A model generated the notes under the pieces. That model saw only the letters and a list, made by a program, of their open reading frames with translations. It searched no databases and was not told the DNA's origin. From the IMG/VR virus record IMGVR_UViG_3300031951_000099: 64,000 nucleotides of DNA, one strand, 5' to 3'. This DNA is from an uncultured virus (IMG/VR IMGVR_UViG_3300031951_000099) (lineage: Duplodnaviria > Heunggongvirae > Uroviricota > Caudoviricetes). Shown in pieces: positions 37,621 through 48,689 of this stretch (its first letter is position 1; each line of letters begins with the position of its first letter). A program made the translations under genes and the position numbers.

Positions 37621-39780
37621 ATGGCGAATGAATTTATAGCTAGAAAAGGTTTAATAGTATTAGCCAATGGTATAGTAGCCACTGGGTCTACTAGTGTCAA
37701 TGGTGATATTACTGCTTCCGGCGATGTCGTAGCAGTGAATTTCCGAGGTAGTGGTCAGTACCTCACAAATATAGCAGCAGACAGTGTACAATTTGCAAAC
37801 GTTTTAAATAAACCAACATTAGTTTCATCATCAACGCAGTTTAATACGATCACGGATCCATTCACCGGATCATTTACGGGTTCATTTACTGGAGATGGTA
37901 GTCAACTAACAGGCATTGCTACCACACTATCGGTCACGGGTTCTACATCAGGAACTGATTCGGTAAACCTTAAAACGGAAGGATTGGTATTCAGTGGATC
38001 CAGTAATGTTACGGCAACTGTAACAAATAATACTGTTACGATTGGAGTATCGGGTCTTGTTTCACAATCAAGTCAAATATCATATTCGGGATTATCAAAC
38101 ATCCCAGACGGCATAGTATCCAGTTCTACACAATTCACCAATCTTGCCGCACCATTTACAGGATCATTTACAGGGTCATTTAAGGGAGACGGTAGTCAAT
38201 TAACCGGCGTTGCTGCAACAAACGTAGAATATGCAAATGTTCTTAATAAACCAGCATTAGTATCCGCATCAAGTCAAATTGATCACGATTTAACAACCAA
38301 CTTCGTAGCAAACGAACACATTGATCACAGTTCCGTATCAATTAGTGCCGGTAATGGTTTAAGTGGTGGTGGCGATATTACAACTACCCGTACATTATCT
38401 CTTGATACGGGATCAACCCATTTTACAAACGGTGTAAAAACCAAACTTAATACAGAAGGTGTCTTCAGTAGTTCGGTACAAGTTGATGTACGTAACACAA
38501 CAGGAATTGCTACTATTGCAACAACTGGGTCTAATACCTTTACTGGTGTACAAACTATATCCAACACGACAAATAGTACTGTATTTAATAATGGTGCATT
38601 AATTGTCGCAGGTGGAGTAGGAATTGCTAAAGACGTAAATATTTCGGGTAGTTTAACCGTCACGGGATTACTCACCGCAGTATCAACGTCGGTACAATAC
38701 GTAACCTCATCGCAATTAAATGTAGCAGATAATAAGATTGTTGTTAATACGAATGATTTAGTACGATTCGGTGGATTGTCGGTAATTGACTCGGGATCCT
38801 CTTCTCCGACCACTGCATCCATATACTGGGATAGTTTAGCGCATCACTTCATTTACGAAAATCTTAGTGGATCGGCATACAATAGCGCAGTAATTATAGC
38901 GGGTCCAAAAAATACGGGTGCTTTAGGAAACGAAGCAGAATTAATAACAGGTCGTATTCCAGTAGCATCAGGCGGTGATCATATTGATACGGGTCTTGCC
39001 TCAAGTTCCATGTATGTGGAATTTCCTTCACGACGGACACACGTTGAAGCGGGATTATATGTTACTGGAGCAATTACGTCTTCGGTGGGATTCTCTGGGG
39101 ATGGTAGTAATCTTACCGGTGTTGTTAGTACATTAAGTGTCACAGGATCAGAAAGTGGTACCGGTACAATTAATCTTAAAACACAAGGATTAATTGTCAG
39201 TGGAACCAACGGCGTTGTAGCAACCGCCAATGGACAAACTCTCACCATCAGTGGTAGTAATGCAACAACAACAACAAAGGGTGTTGCATCATTTAACAGT
39301 ACAAACTTTACGGTTACTGGTGGTGAAGTTACATCCAACAATATTACCATCAATGGCGGAACCGTTACACTTGGTGGTACACGTAACATTACTCTTGCAC
39401 AAATTACAACACAAGGTGCAACTACCACTGATGCAGTCACGTTAAGTGGTGGAGCAACCATTGGAAGTGCATTTCAAACGTCTAGTACTTATGTTGCTGC
39501 CGGTCCCACAACAAATGAAGTTGTATTAAGTTTGGCCACCGGAAGTTTTGATGCAGCACATTTTGATTATGTTCTCAAGAGTGGAGCAAATCTCCGTACA
39601 GGAACGGTCATGTCAATATGGACGGGTGGTTCAATAGAATTTACCGATACATCAACAAACGATATCGGAAATACTAGAAATGCAGATTTCACTGTAGATA
39701 CCAACTCTGGAAATGTGCGATTAAAGTTTACTGTTACCTCCGGCACGTGGACGATTAAAACATCAACGAAGTTACTCTAA
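37621..39780 (+). CDS. Ser/Thr/Gly-rich fibre protein
   Basis: MANEFIARKGL start; FTGSFTGSF.GDGSQLTG repeats; one domain shared with the giant fibre. Confidence 0.75.
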   Translation: MANEFIARKGLIVLANGIVATGSTSVNGDITASGDVVAVNFRGSGQYLTNIAADSVQFANVLNKPTLVSSSTQFNTITDPFTGSFTGSFTGDGSQLTGIATTLSVTGSTSGTDSVNLKTEGLVFSGSSNVTATVTNNTVTIGVSGLVSQSSQISYSGLSNIPDGIVSSSTQFTNLAAPFTGSFTGSFKGDGSQLTGVAATNVEYANVLNKPALVSASSQIDHDLTTNFVANEHIDHSSVSISAGNGLSGGGDITTTRTLSLDTGSTHFTNGVKTKLNTEGVFSSSVQVDVRNTTGIATIATTGSNTFTGVQTISNTTNSTVFNNGALIVAGGVGIAKDVNISGSLTVTGLLTAVSTSVQYVTSSQLNVADNKIVVNTNDLVRFGGLSVIDSGSSSPTTASIYWDSLAHHFIYENLSGSAYNSAVIIAGPKNTGALGNEAELITGRIPVASGGDHIDTGLASSSMYVEFPSRRTHVEAGLYVTGAITSSVGFSGDGSNLTGVVSTLSVTGSESGTGTINLKTQGLIVSGTNGVVATANGQTLTISGSNATTTTKGVASFNSTNFTVTGGEVTSNNITINGGTVTLGGTRNITLAQITTQGATTTDAVTLSGGATIGSAFQTSSTYVAAGPTTNEVVLSLATGSFDAAHFDYVLKSGANLRTGTVMSIWTGGSIEFTDTSTNDIGNTRNADFTVDTNSGNVRLKFTVTSGTWTIKTSTKLL

Positions 39781-39795
39781 GAACTACTTACATAT

Positions 39796-39832
39796 AAGGG
39801 GTGGGTACTAATCCTACCCACCCCTTTTTTTT
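39796..39832 (+). terminator. Rho-independent terminator
   Basis: AAGGGGTGGGTA-ctaatcc-TACCCACCCCTT followed by a T run. Confidence 0.88.
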
Positions 39833-39861
39833 AACCTTTGGAAATGTGAAAAAGGGATAAT

Positions 39862-41577
39862 ATGGCGAATGAATTTATTGCCCGTAAAGGGTTAATATCA
39901 AGCGGTAGTATTGAAGTATCTGGATCTGTTACCGCAAGTGGATTTTTTGGCACAGCATCATTCGCGTCCCTGGCAGTAACAGCCTCCTATATATCAGGCG
40001 GAATAGTAATAATTGGATTGCCTACTGATGGGGCATATGGCGGGGCAGCTGGAAACGTATCAGGCATTGGCTCTGGCGATAAAGCAGAAGATGCGTTTGA
40101 TAAAATTGAAACTATTTTGGGAAGACTAGCTCCAGCAAAGCCTGCTAATTTAAGTACCCGTACATTAACGACGAACGCAACCACATATACAGCATTTACT
40201 GCAAGTGGTGCAACTCCGTCATCATTTAGTAATATTACGGTAACCGCACGTCCTACAGCAAGTTGGACATTTGCCGCGGCAACCAGTGGATCTGGAACTA
40301 CCTTATCATTTGATGCTGATTCGGGAACGTTACAAGCAGAAGTTGATGGAGTGGTTGCACCTCTATCACAAGATGTCTTTACAACTGCATCAGATGTTGG
40401 TACGTTTGGTGATTTAATTGTGACCGCCGATTTAGACCCATATAATGGAACGTTTGGTCAGCAAGGATTCTGGAAAGGATTTCTTGCATCTGTCGCAGCA
40501 ACCAGAAGTTTAGCACTTGGACCACACACCTACCGATTATTACATTCCACCACAGGTAACACGCCAGTATTCACGTGGTATTTGGATAACCCATCAACCC
40601 CAGTAGTTACCGTAGTGACGGGTTCTTCAACGGGCGGATCTACCCGATTTGTGTCTGGCGTTCCTACGTTGGCAACGGGAGAAACTGTACTCATTGCCAC
40701 AACTGCGTCTAATGCAGTTAGTCAATTTTATAATGGTACACGAATATTTTCTGCGGTAGGAAATAATTCGGTAGCACCGTCAGTAAACGCAACGCTACCA
40801 TCAGTACCTCCGACATCTGCTTCTCTGGTTAGTTCGTCTATCACATTAACCGTTGCAACAAACGTATATACGGTTGCCAGTACTTATACGGTTACTGCAT
40901 ATAACTCCGCGGGAACTACGGCAACGGCAACGTGGACTCCTACATTACCAATTAGAGTAGATACAATTAGTAATGAAACGGCACGGTGTCGTTCGGGTAT
41001 TGGTTGGTATCCAAATATTGCCACTGATATTTCTGGGGCAGGAAATTTATGGACTGCATCGGTAAACTTGACGGGTAGTAGAGAATTACAAATGAGTAAT
41101 AATGTCTATCATTATCCAAGTGGTAGTAGTTATGTATCCAATTACCCATTAGCCGGACCCGATTATAGAGGATTGGCGGGGGACACTACAGCATCATTCC
41201 CAGGAGAAGCAGTTCGTTGGGTTACATTTAGTGGTTCAGTAACTGCCGCATCAAACGTAAGTGTGGCGTTTACGGGAACAAATGCTGCATTTACTGGAGT
41301 GATAACTTCTGGATCAATGCGATTATATGTACGAGTGTCCGGATCAATACCTACTAATGGGTGGATTGATGGTTCAACTGCATATCCTGGAACCGGAACC
41401 CCCACCAACAATGGAGATCCTGCATTAGTGGTGGGAAGTAGTACAGCAACTACCAAAGTTGTTACTTTCGGCGGCACTCCACGAACTGGAAGAGTATTTA
41501 TTAGAGTGGGTATTCCATCATCATCATTGGCTGGTAGTACTAGATCGTTCTCTGGCGTAACTATTACGCAAGTATAG
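39862..41577 (+). CDS. Thr/Ser-rich virion structural protein
   Basis: Same MANEFIARKGLI N-terminus as 37621; beta-rich body. Confidence 0.7.
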   Translation: MANEFIARKGLISSGSIEVSGSVTASGFFGTASFASLAVTASYISGGIVIIGLPTDGAYGGAAGNVSGIGSGDKAEDAFDKIETILGRLAPAKPANLSTRTLTTNATTYTAFTASGATPSSFSNITVTARPTASWTFAAATSGSGTTLSFDADSGTLQAEVDGVVAPLSQDVFTTASDVGTFGDLIVTADLDPYNGTFGQQGFWKGFLASVAATRSLALGPHTYRLLHSTTGNTPVFTWYLDNPSTPVVTVVTGSSTGGSTRFVSGVPTLATGETVLIATTASNAVSQFYNGTRIFSAVGNNSVAPSVNATLPSVPPTSASLVSSSITLTVATNVYTVASTYTVTAYNSAGTTATATWTPTLPIRVDTISNETARCRSGIGWYPNIATDISGAGNLWTASVNLTGSRELQMSNNVYHYPSGSSYVSNYPLAGPDYRGLAGDTTASFPGEAVRWVTFSGSVTAASNVSVAFTGTNAAFTGVITSGSMRLYVRVSGSIPTNGWIDGSTAYPGTGTPTNNGDPALVVGSSTATTKVVTFGGTPRTGRVFIRVGIPSSSLAGSTRSFSGVTITQV

Positions 41578-41585
41578 GATTATAT

Positions 41586-44500
41586 ATGGCACTAACTACT
41601 GCACAACAAGCATTACTACTATTTAAAAAATGGTTAGGATTAGGACAAACGACTTCTTCACGTGAGTTTTTTAATGAAACTTCGTTTCCTGGTCGTTCTG
41701 CGGTATATACGAATCAAATATGGACTCAAGCCGATCTTATACCTAGTACTGCACCTGCGTTAAGTAATGGACAAACGAGTGGCGTCGTCCAGTATTGGCA
41801 AAATGCTCCTCTTGGTGCTGTTCCTGGTACTACCAACGCATTTACGAGTTCTTTATTAATTGATGCAATTCCATTCAACTATGGCGATGGGTCGTCTTAT
41901 AATTATGTCATTCGTAATAATATTGGAGGAACTATTGCATTCGGTGAAGGTGATTGGATTGTAGATACGGATGCAGGTCTGGTAACGTTTTATAGTACGG
42001 TCCCAGGAAACATGCCACCAAATATTTCGTTTTATAAATATGTTGGCGCAAAAGGATTTTCTTCTGGATCAGTACCTTTAACGGGATCTTTGTTTGGAAC
42101 CGCAAGTTGGGCAAGTAATGTAATATCTGCGTCATTTGCAACTACTGCATCTGCTGCTACATCTATTACGTTCATTCCAAGTACTGCATCTTTTGCGACC
42201 ACCTCATCGTTTGCAGTAACGGCAAGTTATGCACTAAATTCTACGGAACTTCCACCAAATCTCGTGAGTAGTTCCACGCAAATAGATTACACGCAGATCC
42301 AAAATAAACCCACCACGATTGAAACCGCGTCCTACGTAGAATATAATAATGTCGCAAATAAACCAGCACTGGTGTCTAGTTCACAACAAATTAATACGGG
42401 ATCATTTAGCGGATCATTTATTGGAACTGCATCAATAGCAGATAAGGTAACGGGCGGAACCTCCCGATATATTCCAATGTGGACGGGCTCGGGGGCAAAC
42501 GAACTCACGTCCAGTATCATATATCAAACCACTAAAGGTGTTTTTATTGGATATGATACTGCGCCGCATTTTCATTCCGCAGTAGGTGAAACTCTTGCCG
42601 TTCACTCGGGCGAGACGGGTGTTAAAAATGTTATCTATGCTCACGGTTCATCTGATGATTCGTATCGTGTAAATATTCGGAATATTAGTAGTGGAGTATC
42701 TGCGTCCACCAACTTCATTGCTACTGCTGACGCAGGTACTGATGACGGTGGATATATTCGCATGGGTATCAATTCTAGCACATATTCGCGAACTGACGAA
42801 ATTGGTGACCCATTAGACGCATATCTATTCACCACAGGAAGTGACTTACTAATTGGAAATCTATCTCCAGACAAACGTATTATTTTATTCACGGGTCCTG
42901 GAGATGCCGATAATAATGCTCGGGTGTTTATTGACCCGTCTGGTAGTGTGGGAATCAATACATCAGAAGTGATAGCAGGTGCTCCAGATGCACTACGTGT
43001 AAAAGCAGTACCATCTGTTGCAACCTTTAACGTTATTACGGCACTTGGTCTAACAGACGATTACGCACAAATTAATATGAAAAATACGGGGACCGGTAAC
43101 TCCGTATCCAGTGACATCGTAGCAACTGCCAATAATGGTGACGAAAATACGAACTTCGTCAACATGGGAATTAATGGTGAAACGTATACTGGAACCATTG
43201 GTGGACCGAATGACTCGTATGTGTATTCTACGGGTGGGCATTTACATTTAGGTGCAATTGACCCTGGCGAAGAAATCATGTTGTTCGTTGGTGGCGAAGA
43301 TGTGATGATGACCACCAAATTAACATTACGAGATAACAATCAACACGAACTATCCGGTTCATTAAATGTCACTGGTAGTTTAAATGTACTACAAAATGTG
43401 GTAAATAATTTAACGGCTTCATTTGCAATCACGGCAAGTTATGTTGAAGGAGCGGCAAGTGATTGGAGTACATTAGCAAATAAACCAGACGGAATAGTTT
43501 CTAGTTCTACACAAGTTCAAAATTACAATATATTTACTACTACCGGATCCAATGCATTTAAAGCATCACAAACTATTACGGGTAGTTTAATTGTCACCGA
43601 CACGATTACCGCGCAACAATTTAATATTGAATTTATATCATCATCGGTAATATATGAAAGTGGCTCTACAAAGTTTGGTGATAGTACAGATGACACACAT
43701 CAATTTACGGGATCACTAAGTGTTCTAGGTACAATTAGTGGAAGTTTGGTATTACCTATAGGAACCGTTAGTAGTTCGGCACAAGTAGATTATAATGGAA
43801 TACAAAACAAACCCACAACAATTGCAACTGCCTCTTATGTAGAATACAATAATGTTGTAAACAAACCGACGTTAATCTCCAGTTCTCTACAAATCAATAC
43901 GGGATCGTTTAGTGGTTCTATAACGACTGCATCGTTTGCTACTACTGCGAGTTTTTCACAAACATCTTCGTTTACTGTAAGTTCGTCATTTGCAACCACG
44001 GCTTCGGCAGCAACTAGTATTACGTTTACACCGTCAACCGCATCGTTTGCACAAAACGCACAATTATTAAACAATACATCATCGGCAGTATTTGCCACAA
44101 CGGGATCCAACTCCTTTAATGGAACCCAGACAATTACTGGATCATTACTACTAACTACCGACATCGTAGTCTTTAGTGGATCGTTTACTACGTCAGGATC
44201 ATTTGCAATATCGGGTAGTTTGGGTGTCACGAATGGAATCACGGGGTCATTATTTGGAACGAGTAGCTGGGCAAATAATGTAATATCTAGTTCGTTTGCG
44301 ACAACAGCCTCTGCAGCTACGTCCATTACCTTTACACCGGCTTCAGCATCATTCAGTACGACGGCATCATTTGCAACAAGAGCAAATAGTTTAAATGGTG
44401 GTACCGTAAACTACGTTCCACTCTGGAGTAGTGCAACCGCACAAAGTTCCAGTAATCTATTTCAAGCTGGAAGTAATATTGGTATTGGTACAACAGTACC

Positions 44501-45017
44501 GCTTAGTCATTTACATGTATTATCTACGGCATCACGTGCATTTAGAATTGAACGGGGAACTAATAATGTTGGTATAGAAGTTTCTCCTGGCACTTCAACT
44601 GGTTGGGGATTTTTTGATTATAATAGAGTTGCCTATGATATATGGATGCAAGCAGGTAATGTTGGTATTGGAACAACAACAACGATTAATGCAACTCTTC
44701 AAGTCCAAGGTAACGTATCAGCATCATCTTATACAAGTTCACTAGATAATGCAGTAGGATTTTTTGGAACTAGTAGTTGGGCAGTAAGAACAACAACTGC
44801 CTCATTTGCCACTACCGCTTCTGCTGCCACGTCTATCACGTTTACTCCAACTAGTGCATCATTCGCTACCACTGCATCTGCGGCAACTAGTATTACGTTT
44901 ACGCCAACTACAGCATCTTTCGCAACAACAGCGTCAGCGGCAACCTCCATCACCTTTACTCCCGCAACATCATCCTATGCATTAAGTGCCAGTTTCATTG
45001 ACGGAGGATTCTACTAA
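41586..45017 (+). CDS. Long Ser/Thr-rich fibre protein
   Basis: Multiple TASFATTASAATSITFTP and IQNKPTTI.TASYVEYNNV.NKP repeats, GNVGIGT units; ends IDGGFY. Confidence 0.75.
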   Translation: MALTTAQQALLLFKKWLGLGQTTSSREFFNETSFPGRSAVYTNQIWTQADLIPSTAPALSNGQTSGVVQYWQNAPLGAVPGTTNAFTSSLLIDAIPFNYGDGSSYNYVIRNNIGGTIAFGEGDWIVDTDAGLVTFYSTVPGNMPPNISFYKYVGAKGFSSGSVPLTGSLFGTASWASNVISASFATTASAATSITFIPSTASFATTSSFAVTASYALNSTELPPNLVSSSTQIDYTQIQNKPTTIETASYVEYNNVANKPALVSSSQQINTGSFSGSFIGTASIADKVTGGTSRYIPMWTGSGANELTSSIIYQTTKGVFIGYDTAPHFHSAVGETLAVHSGETGVKNVIYAHGSSDDSYRVNIRNISSGVSASTNFIATADAGTDDGGYIRMGINSSTYSRTDEIGDPLDAYLFTTGSDLLIGNLSPDKRIILFTGPGDADNNARVFIDPSGSVGINTSEVIAGAPDALRVKAVPSVATFNVITALGLTDDYAQINMKNTGTGNSVSSDIVATANNGDENTNFVNMGINGETYTGTIGGPNDSYVYSTGGHLHLGAIDPGEEIMLFVGGEDVMMTTKLTLRDNNQHELSGSLNVTGSLNVLQNVVNNLTASFAITASYVEGAASDWSTLANKPDGIVSSSTQVQNYNIFTTTGSNAFKASQTITGSLIVTDTITAQQFNIEFISSSVIYESGSTKFGDSTDDTHQFTGSLSVLGTISGSLVLPIGTVSSSAQVDYNGIQNKPTTIATASYVEYNNVVNKPTLISSSLQINTGSFSGSITTASFATTASFSQTSSFTVSSSFATTASAATSITFTPSTASFAQNAQLLNNTSSAVFATTGSNSFNGTQTITGSLLLTTDIVVFSGSFTTSGSFAISGSLGVTNGITGSLFGTSSWANNVISSSFATTASAATSITFTPASASFSTTASFATRANSLNGGTVNYVPLWSSATAQSSSNLFQAGSNIGIGTTVPLSHLHVLSTASRAFRIERGTNNVGIEVSPGTSTGWGFFDYNRVAYDIWMQAGNVGIGTTTTINATLQVQGNVSASSYTSSLDNAVGFFGTSSWAVRTTTASFATTASAATSITFTPTSASFATTASAATSITFTPTTASFATTASAATSITFTPATSSYALSASFIDGGFY
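44794..44975 (+). repeat. Tandem 54-nt (18-19 aa) TASFATTASAATSITFTP repeats
   Basis: Three consecutive near-identical peptide copies with synonymous divergence. Confidence 0.8.
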
Positions 45018-45820
45018 TGCCGTGGTCATTTACGAGTAGTGGAAATCCTGGCGGATTTTCTGGGGCATCATCGGGTAATCCTGGGGGTATGGTTGCTGTT
45101 CCACAAATAACTACGGCGGGATTGGTTATTAATTTAGACGCAGGAAATAGAGCATCATACCCCGGTAGTGGAACTACATGGACAGACCTGACAGGAAATT
45201 CAAGAAATGCAACATTAATCAACGGACCAACGTTTAACAGTGCAAACGGTGGAAGTATACTGTTTACATCAGCAAGTTCACATTATGCGGATATAGCAAA
45301 TACTGCCAATTCTACATTTGATTTTGCAAATACAACATTTACGGTGGATGTGTGGTTTAATTTCACATCGTTGACTTTTAATAGAATGCTTGTTACTAAA
45401 GCATTAGACGTTGGGGGTTGGGCGGTGTATGGAGGTCTTAATGGACAAATATTCGTGGGGGCAAAAAATGGAACTACGGGAGGATATCCATTAAATTGGT
45501 TTTCTGGAAATTCTTTATTGAATAGTAACACGTGGTATAACTTAACGTCAATTATTACTACAAATACCACAACGGTAGCATCAAATACTGCAAAAGTATA
45601 TTTAAATGGTGTGGAAATACCTGGAACCAACTCACCTACCACGGCTGAAGCATATGGAGGAGAACCAGCAGTTCCTATAAAAATTGGAAGACGATCACCT
45701 GCGGCATCACCGTTTTATATGGATGGAAGAATTGCGGCAGTAAAAATATATAATCGTGGTTTAACGGCAGGTGAAGTTTTTAAAAATTATATTTCGTTAC
45801 GTGACCGTTTTGGAATATAA
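45017..45820 (+). CDS. LamG/concanavalin A-like lectin-fold protein
   Basis: GLVINLDAGNRASYPGSGTTWTDL...WYNLT...VYLNG...IGRR...GRIAAVKIYNRGLTAGEV..NY. Confidence 0.85.
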   Translation: MPWSFTSSGNPGGFSGASSGNPGGMVAVPQITTAGLVINLDAGNRASYPGSGTTWTDLTGNSRNATLINGPTFNSANGGSILFTSASSHYADIANTANSTFDFANTTFTVDVWFNFTSLTFNRMLVTKALDVGGWAVYGGLNGQIFVGAKNGTTGGYPLNWFSGNSLLNSNTWYNLTSIITTNTTTVASNTAKVYLNGVEIPGTNSPTTAEAYGGEPAVPIKIGRRSPAASPFYMDGRIAAVKIYNRGLTAGEVFKNYISLRDRFGI

Positions 45821-45835
45821 CCAATCATCACAAAA

Positions 45836-45843
45836 TAGTTATA
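45836..45843 (+). promoter_or_regulatory. Putative late promoter variant TAGTTATA
   Basis: 26 nt before ATG 45870. Confidence 0.45.
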
Positions 45844-45869
45844 TACAGTTCATATCAAGAGAGTAATAG

Positions 45870-48686
45870 ATGCCAGATACGATACTACACAAACGTAATT
45901 TAACACCAGGAGTTGCCCCCACGACAGAATCCTTGTCGGTGGGAGAACTTGCTATTAACGTTGCGGATCGGAAACTCTATACGAGAAGTGGATCCGCAAT
46001 TGTAATATTAAATGACAATACCGGATCGTTTACGGGATCGTTTACTGGAGAATTGATTGGAACTGCGTCCTTTGCGACAACTGCTTCCTATGCACCAACC
46101 ATTTTACCGAATGGATTGTTTAGTAGTTCATTACAAGTAGATTATACTGATATACAAAATAAACCTACCACGATTGAAACTGCTTCATACGTACAATTTA
46201 GCAATATAGCAAACAAACCAACACTGATTTCCAGTTCTACACAATTTACTAATATCACCGAACCATTTACGGGATCGTTCACAGGATCGTTTACGGGTGA
46301 GTTTATTGGAACTGCTTCGTTTACTACATCGGCCTCATATGCACCGACAATATTACCAAGTGGTGTAATCAGTAGTTCCGCACAAGTAACTGCAAGTATT
46401 AATGGTGCAATTATCACTCCCGCAGAAGTATCTGGTAGTGATATTCATGCACAAACATTAATGGCTCATCGTTGGTTGGAATTATATCCCACTGACATTG
46501 CAATCAGTCCCGATCCTGATTCCGCATATTTCTATATCAGTGGATCTAGTAACGATCTCTGGTATACCCATAAAACCGATTCCACGGTCAACTTTGATTG
46601 GATTGAAGGCGTATTGGAAACGGGATTAATACATGGTGGAATCAATGGATTTAATGGTAGTGAAGTTCATATTCGGTCAGGCTCGGGTATTATTGTCAAC
46701 CACGGAGCAAATACTGGATCTGCCTCTTCACCAACCGTTACATATGTAAACTGGCCGGTAATCACGGGTAGTATTGATGTCACTCAAGGATTTGTTACCT
46801 ATCTTGCTATTAACGCAAATGGAATTCTGGAAAGTTCCTCTACGAAATTTACCTCACTGGACTATCATGACAAGATTCCATTAGGTGCCGTTGGACATTT
46901 CAATCAACAAGCCATTGCGGCAAAAGGTGAACAAGTCAATACCCAATATAGTCAAACAGCCCAACTCACCGACTTTGCACGTAACTTCGGTCCAATCAAA
47001 GTGGGTGGTTATGGGATCACGGCACAATCGGGATCGTTGAAGTTTACTCGTGCAGCAGGTAACGCATTTATTTACGGGGGATTCTACAGTCAAAATCCCG
47101 AAACCCCGTCAGATTATCAATCTCCCTCCGTTAGTACAGGAAGTCTTGCTTACATCTATCGGTCGGGATCTGCATATACGGTAGATGCAAATAATAACAA
47201 TTTCTATACTGATTTGAAGCCAGGTTGGTATGATAATGGTGGACTTACGACTGCCTCACTTGCGTCCAACGAATGGAGTATTCAACGGGTCTTCATAGAA
47301 CCGGTGACGGGTATTCACTACATTTATTTCGGACAAGCAAAGTATACGTCACTTGCAAATGCAGTTTCCAATATTTTAACGGATCCATTTGCAGAAGGTC
47401 CAGCCACTACACTCTTTACCGTGTTTGTTGGCTATCTGGTGATGAAGGGCGACACCACGAATTTGGCAGATACGGGAAGTAATGATATTATTAGTGCGGG
47501 ATTATTCCGTAATACGTCAGCGGGTAGTGTGGGCGGAGGAGCGGCAGCACAATTGTTGAATGATTTGAGTGATGTGACGGTTACGTCACCATCTAACGGA
47601 CAAGCACTCATTTATAGTTCGGGAAATTGGATTAATGGAACACCAGCAAACGCAACGTCTGCTTCGTATGCAACGTCAGGATCCTATACGGTTACTGCGT
47701 CCTTTGCAACCTCTGCGTCTTATGCACCGACGATCCTTCCTGACGGAATCTTCAGTAGTTCCTTACAAGTTGACTATACACAAATCCAAAACAAACCGAC
47801 AACGATAGAAACTGCATCCTACGTAGAATATGTAAATGTTGCGAACAAACCCGCATTAATATCCAGTTCAGCACAAATTAATGAGTTAACTGGTGTCTCA
47901 GCGTCTTTTGCAACCACTTCATCGGCAGCAACGTCTATTACGTTTATACCAACATCGGCGTCATTTGCAACAACTTCAAGTGCGGCCACGAGTATAACAT
48001 TTACACCAGCAACGGCGTCCTTTAGTACGACAAGTTCTTTTGCTACAACTGCAAGTGCTGCTACATCTATCACGTTTACACCAAGTACCGCATCATTTGC
48101 TACATCTGCCTCATACGCACCCACAATCCTTCCTAGCGGAATCTTTAGTAGTTCCTTACAAGTAGATTATACGCAGATTCAAAATAAGCCTACGACGATA
48201 GAAACTGCGTCTTACGTAGAATATAATAATGTCGCTAATAAACCGGCGTTGGTATCAAGTTCGGGACAAATCTCATATACGGGAATTACCAACGTTCCTT
48301 CGGGAATACTATCCAGTTCAACGCAAATTAATGAGTTAACTGGTGTCTCGGCGTCTTTTGCAACCACGTCATCGTTTGCAACATCTGCGTCATTTGCTAC
48401 TACCGCATCATTCGCAACTTCCGCAAGTTTCGCACCCTACGCGGGATTACGAACCAAAGCAGGAAGTGTTGCAAATACCTCGTTTGCTGGTAATCCAAGA
48501 AAAGCTACAGTCAATTTTGCAACCGCTTTCCCCAACACATCGTACGCAGTCACAGTGACGGGTGAAGATGCACGAAGTTGGACGATTGAAAGTAAGGCAG
48601 CAGGAAGTTTCGTAATCAACGCTAATAGTAATACGAACTTGACAGGAACGACCTATTGGACCGCGATGACATACGGGGAGACATAA
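45870..48686 (+). CDS. Tail fibre protein with an Mtd_N/T4 long-fibre-type N-terminus and Ser/Thr repeats
   Basis: ILHKR..TPGVAP...LSVGELAINVADRKLY; repeats shared with 41586; C-terminal VNFATAFPNTSYAVTVT domain. Confidence 0.8.
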   Translation: MPDTILHKRNLTPGVAPTTESLSVGELAINVADRKLYTRSGSAIVILNDNTGSFTGSFTGELIGTASFATTASYAPTILPNGLFSSSLQVDYTDIQNKPTTIETASYVQFSNIANKPTLISSSTQFTNITEPFTGSFTGSFTGEFIGTASFTTSASYAPTILPSGVISSSAQVTASINGAIITPAEVSGSDIHAQTLMAHRWLELYPTDIAISPDPDSAYFYISGSSNDLWYTHKTDSTVNFDWIEGVLETGLIHGGINGFNGSEVHIRSGSGIIVNHGANTGSASSPTVTYVNWPVITGSIDVTQGFVTYLAINANGILESSSTKFTSLDYHDKIPLGAVGHFNQQAIAAKGEQVNTQYSQTAQLTDFARNFGPIKVGGYGITAQSGSLKFTRAAGNAFIYGGFYSQNPETPSDYQSPSVSTGSLAYIYRSGSAYTVDANNNNFYTDLKPGWYDNGGLTTASLASNEWSIQRVFIEPVTGIHYIYFGQAKYTSLANAVSNILTDPFAEGPATTLFTVFVGYLVMKGDTTNLADTGSNDIISAGLFRNTSAGSVGGGAAAQLLNDLSDVTVTSPSNGQALIYSSGNWINGTPANATSASYATSGSYTVTASFATSASYAPTILPDGIFSSSLQVDYTQIQNKPTTIETASYVEYVNVANKPALISSSAQINELTGVSASFATTSSAATSITFIPTSASFATTSSAATSITFTPATASFSTTSSFATTASAATSITFTPSTASFATSASYAPTILPSGIFSSSLQVDYTQIQNKPTTIETASYVEYNNVANKPALVSSSGQISYTGITNVPSGILSSSTQINELTGVSASFATTSSFATSASFATTASFATSASFAPYAGLRTKAGSVANTSFAGNPRKATVNFATAFPNTSYAVTVTGEDARSWTIESKAAGSFVINANSNTNLTGTTYWTAMTYGET

Positions 48687-48689
48687 GAT

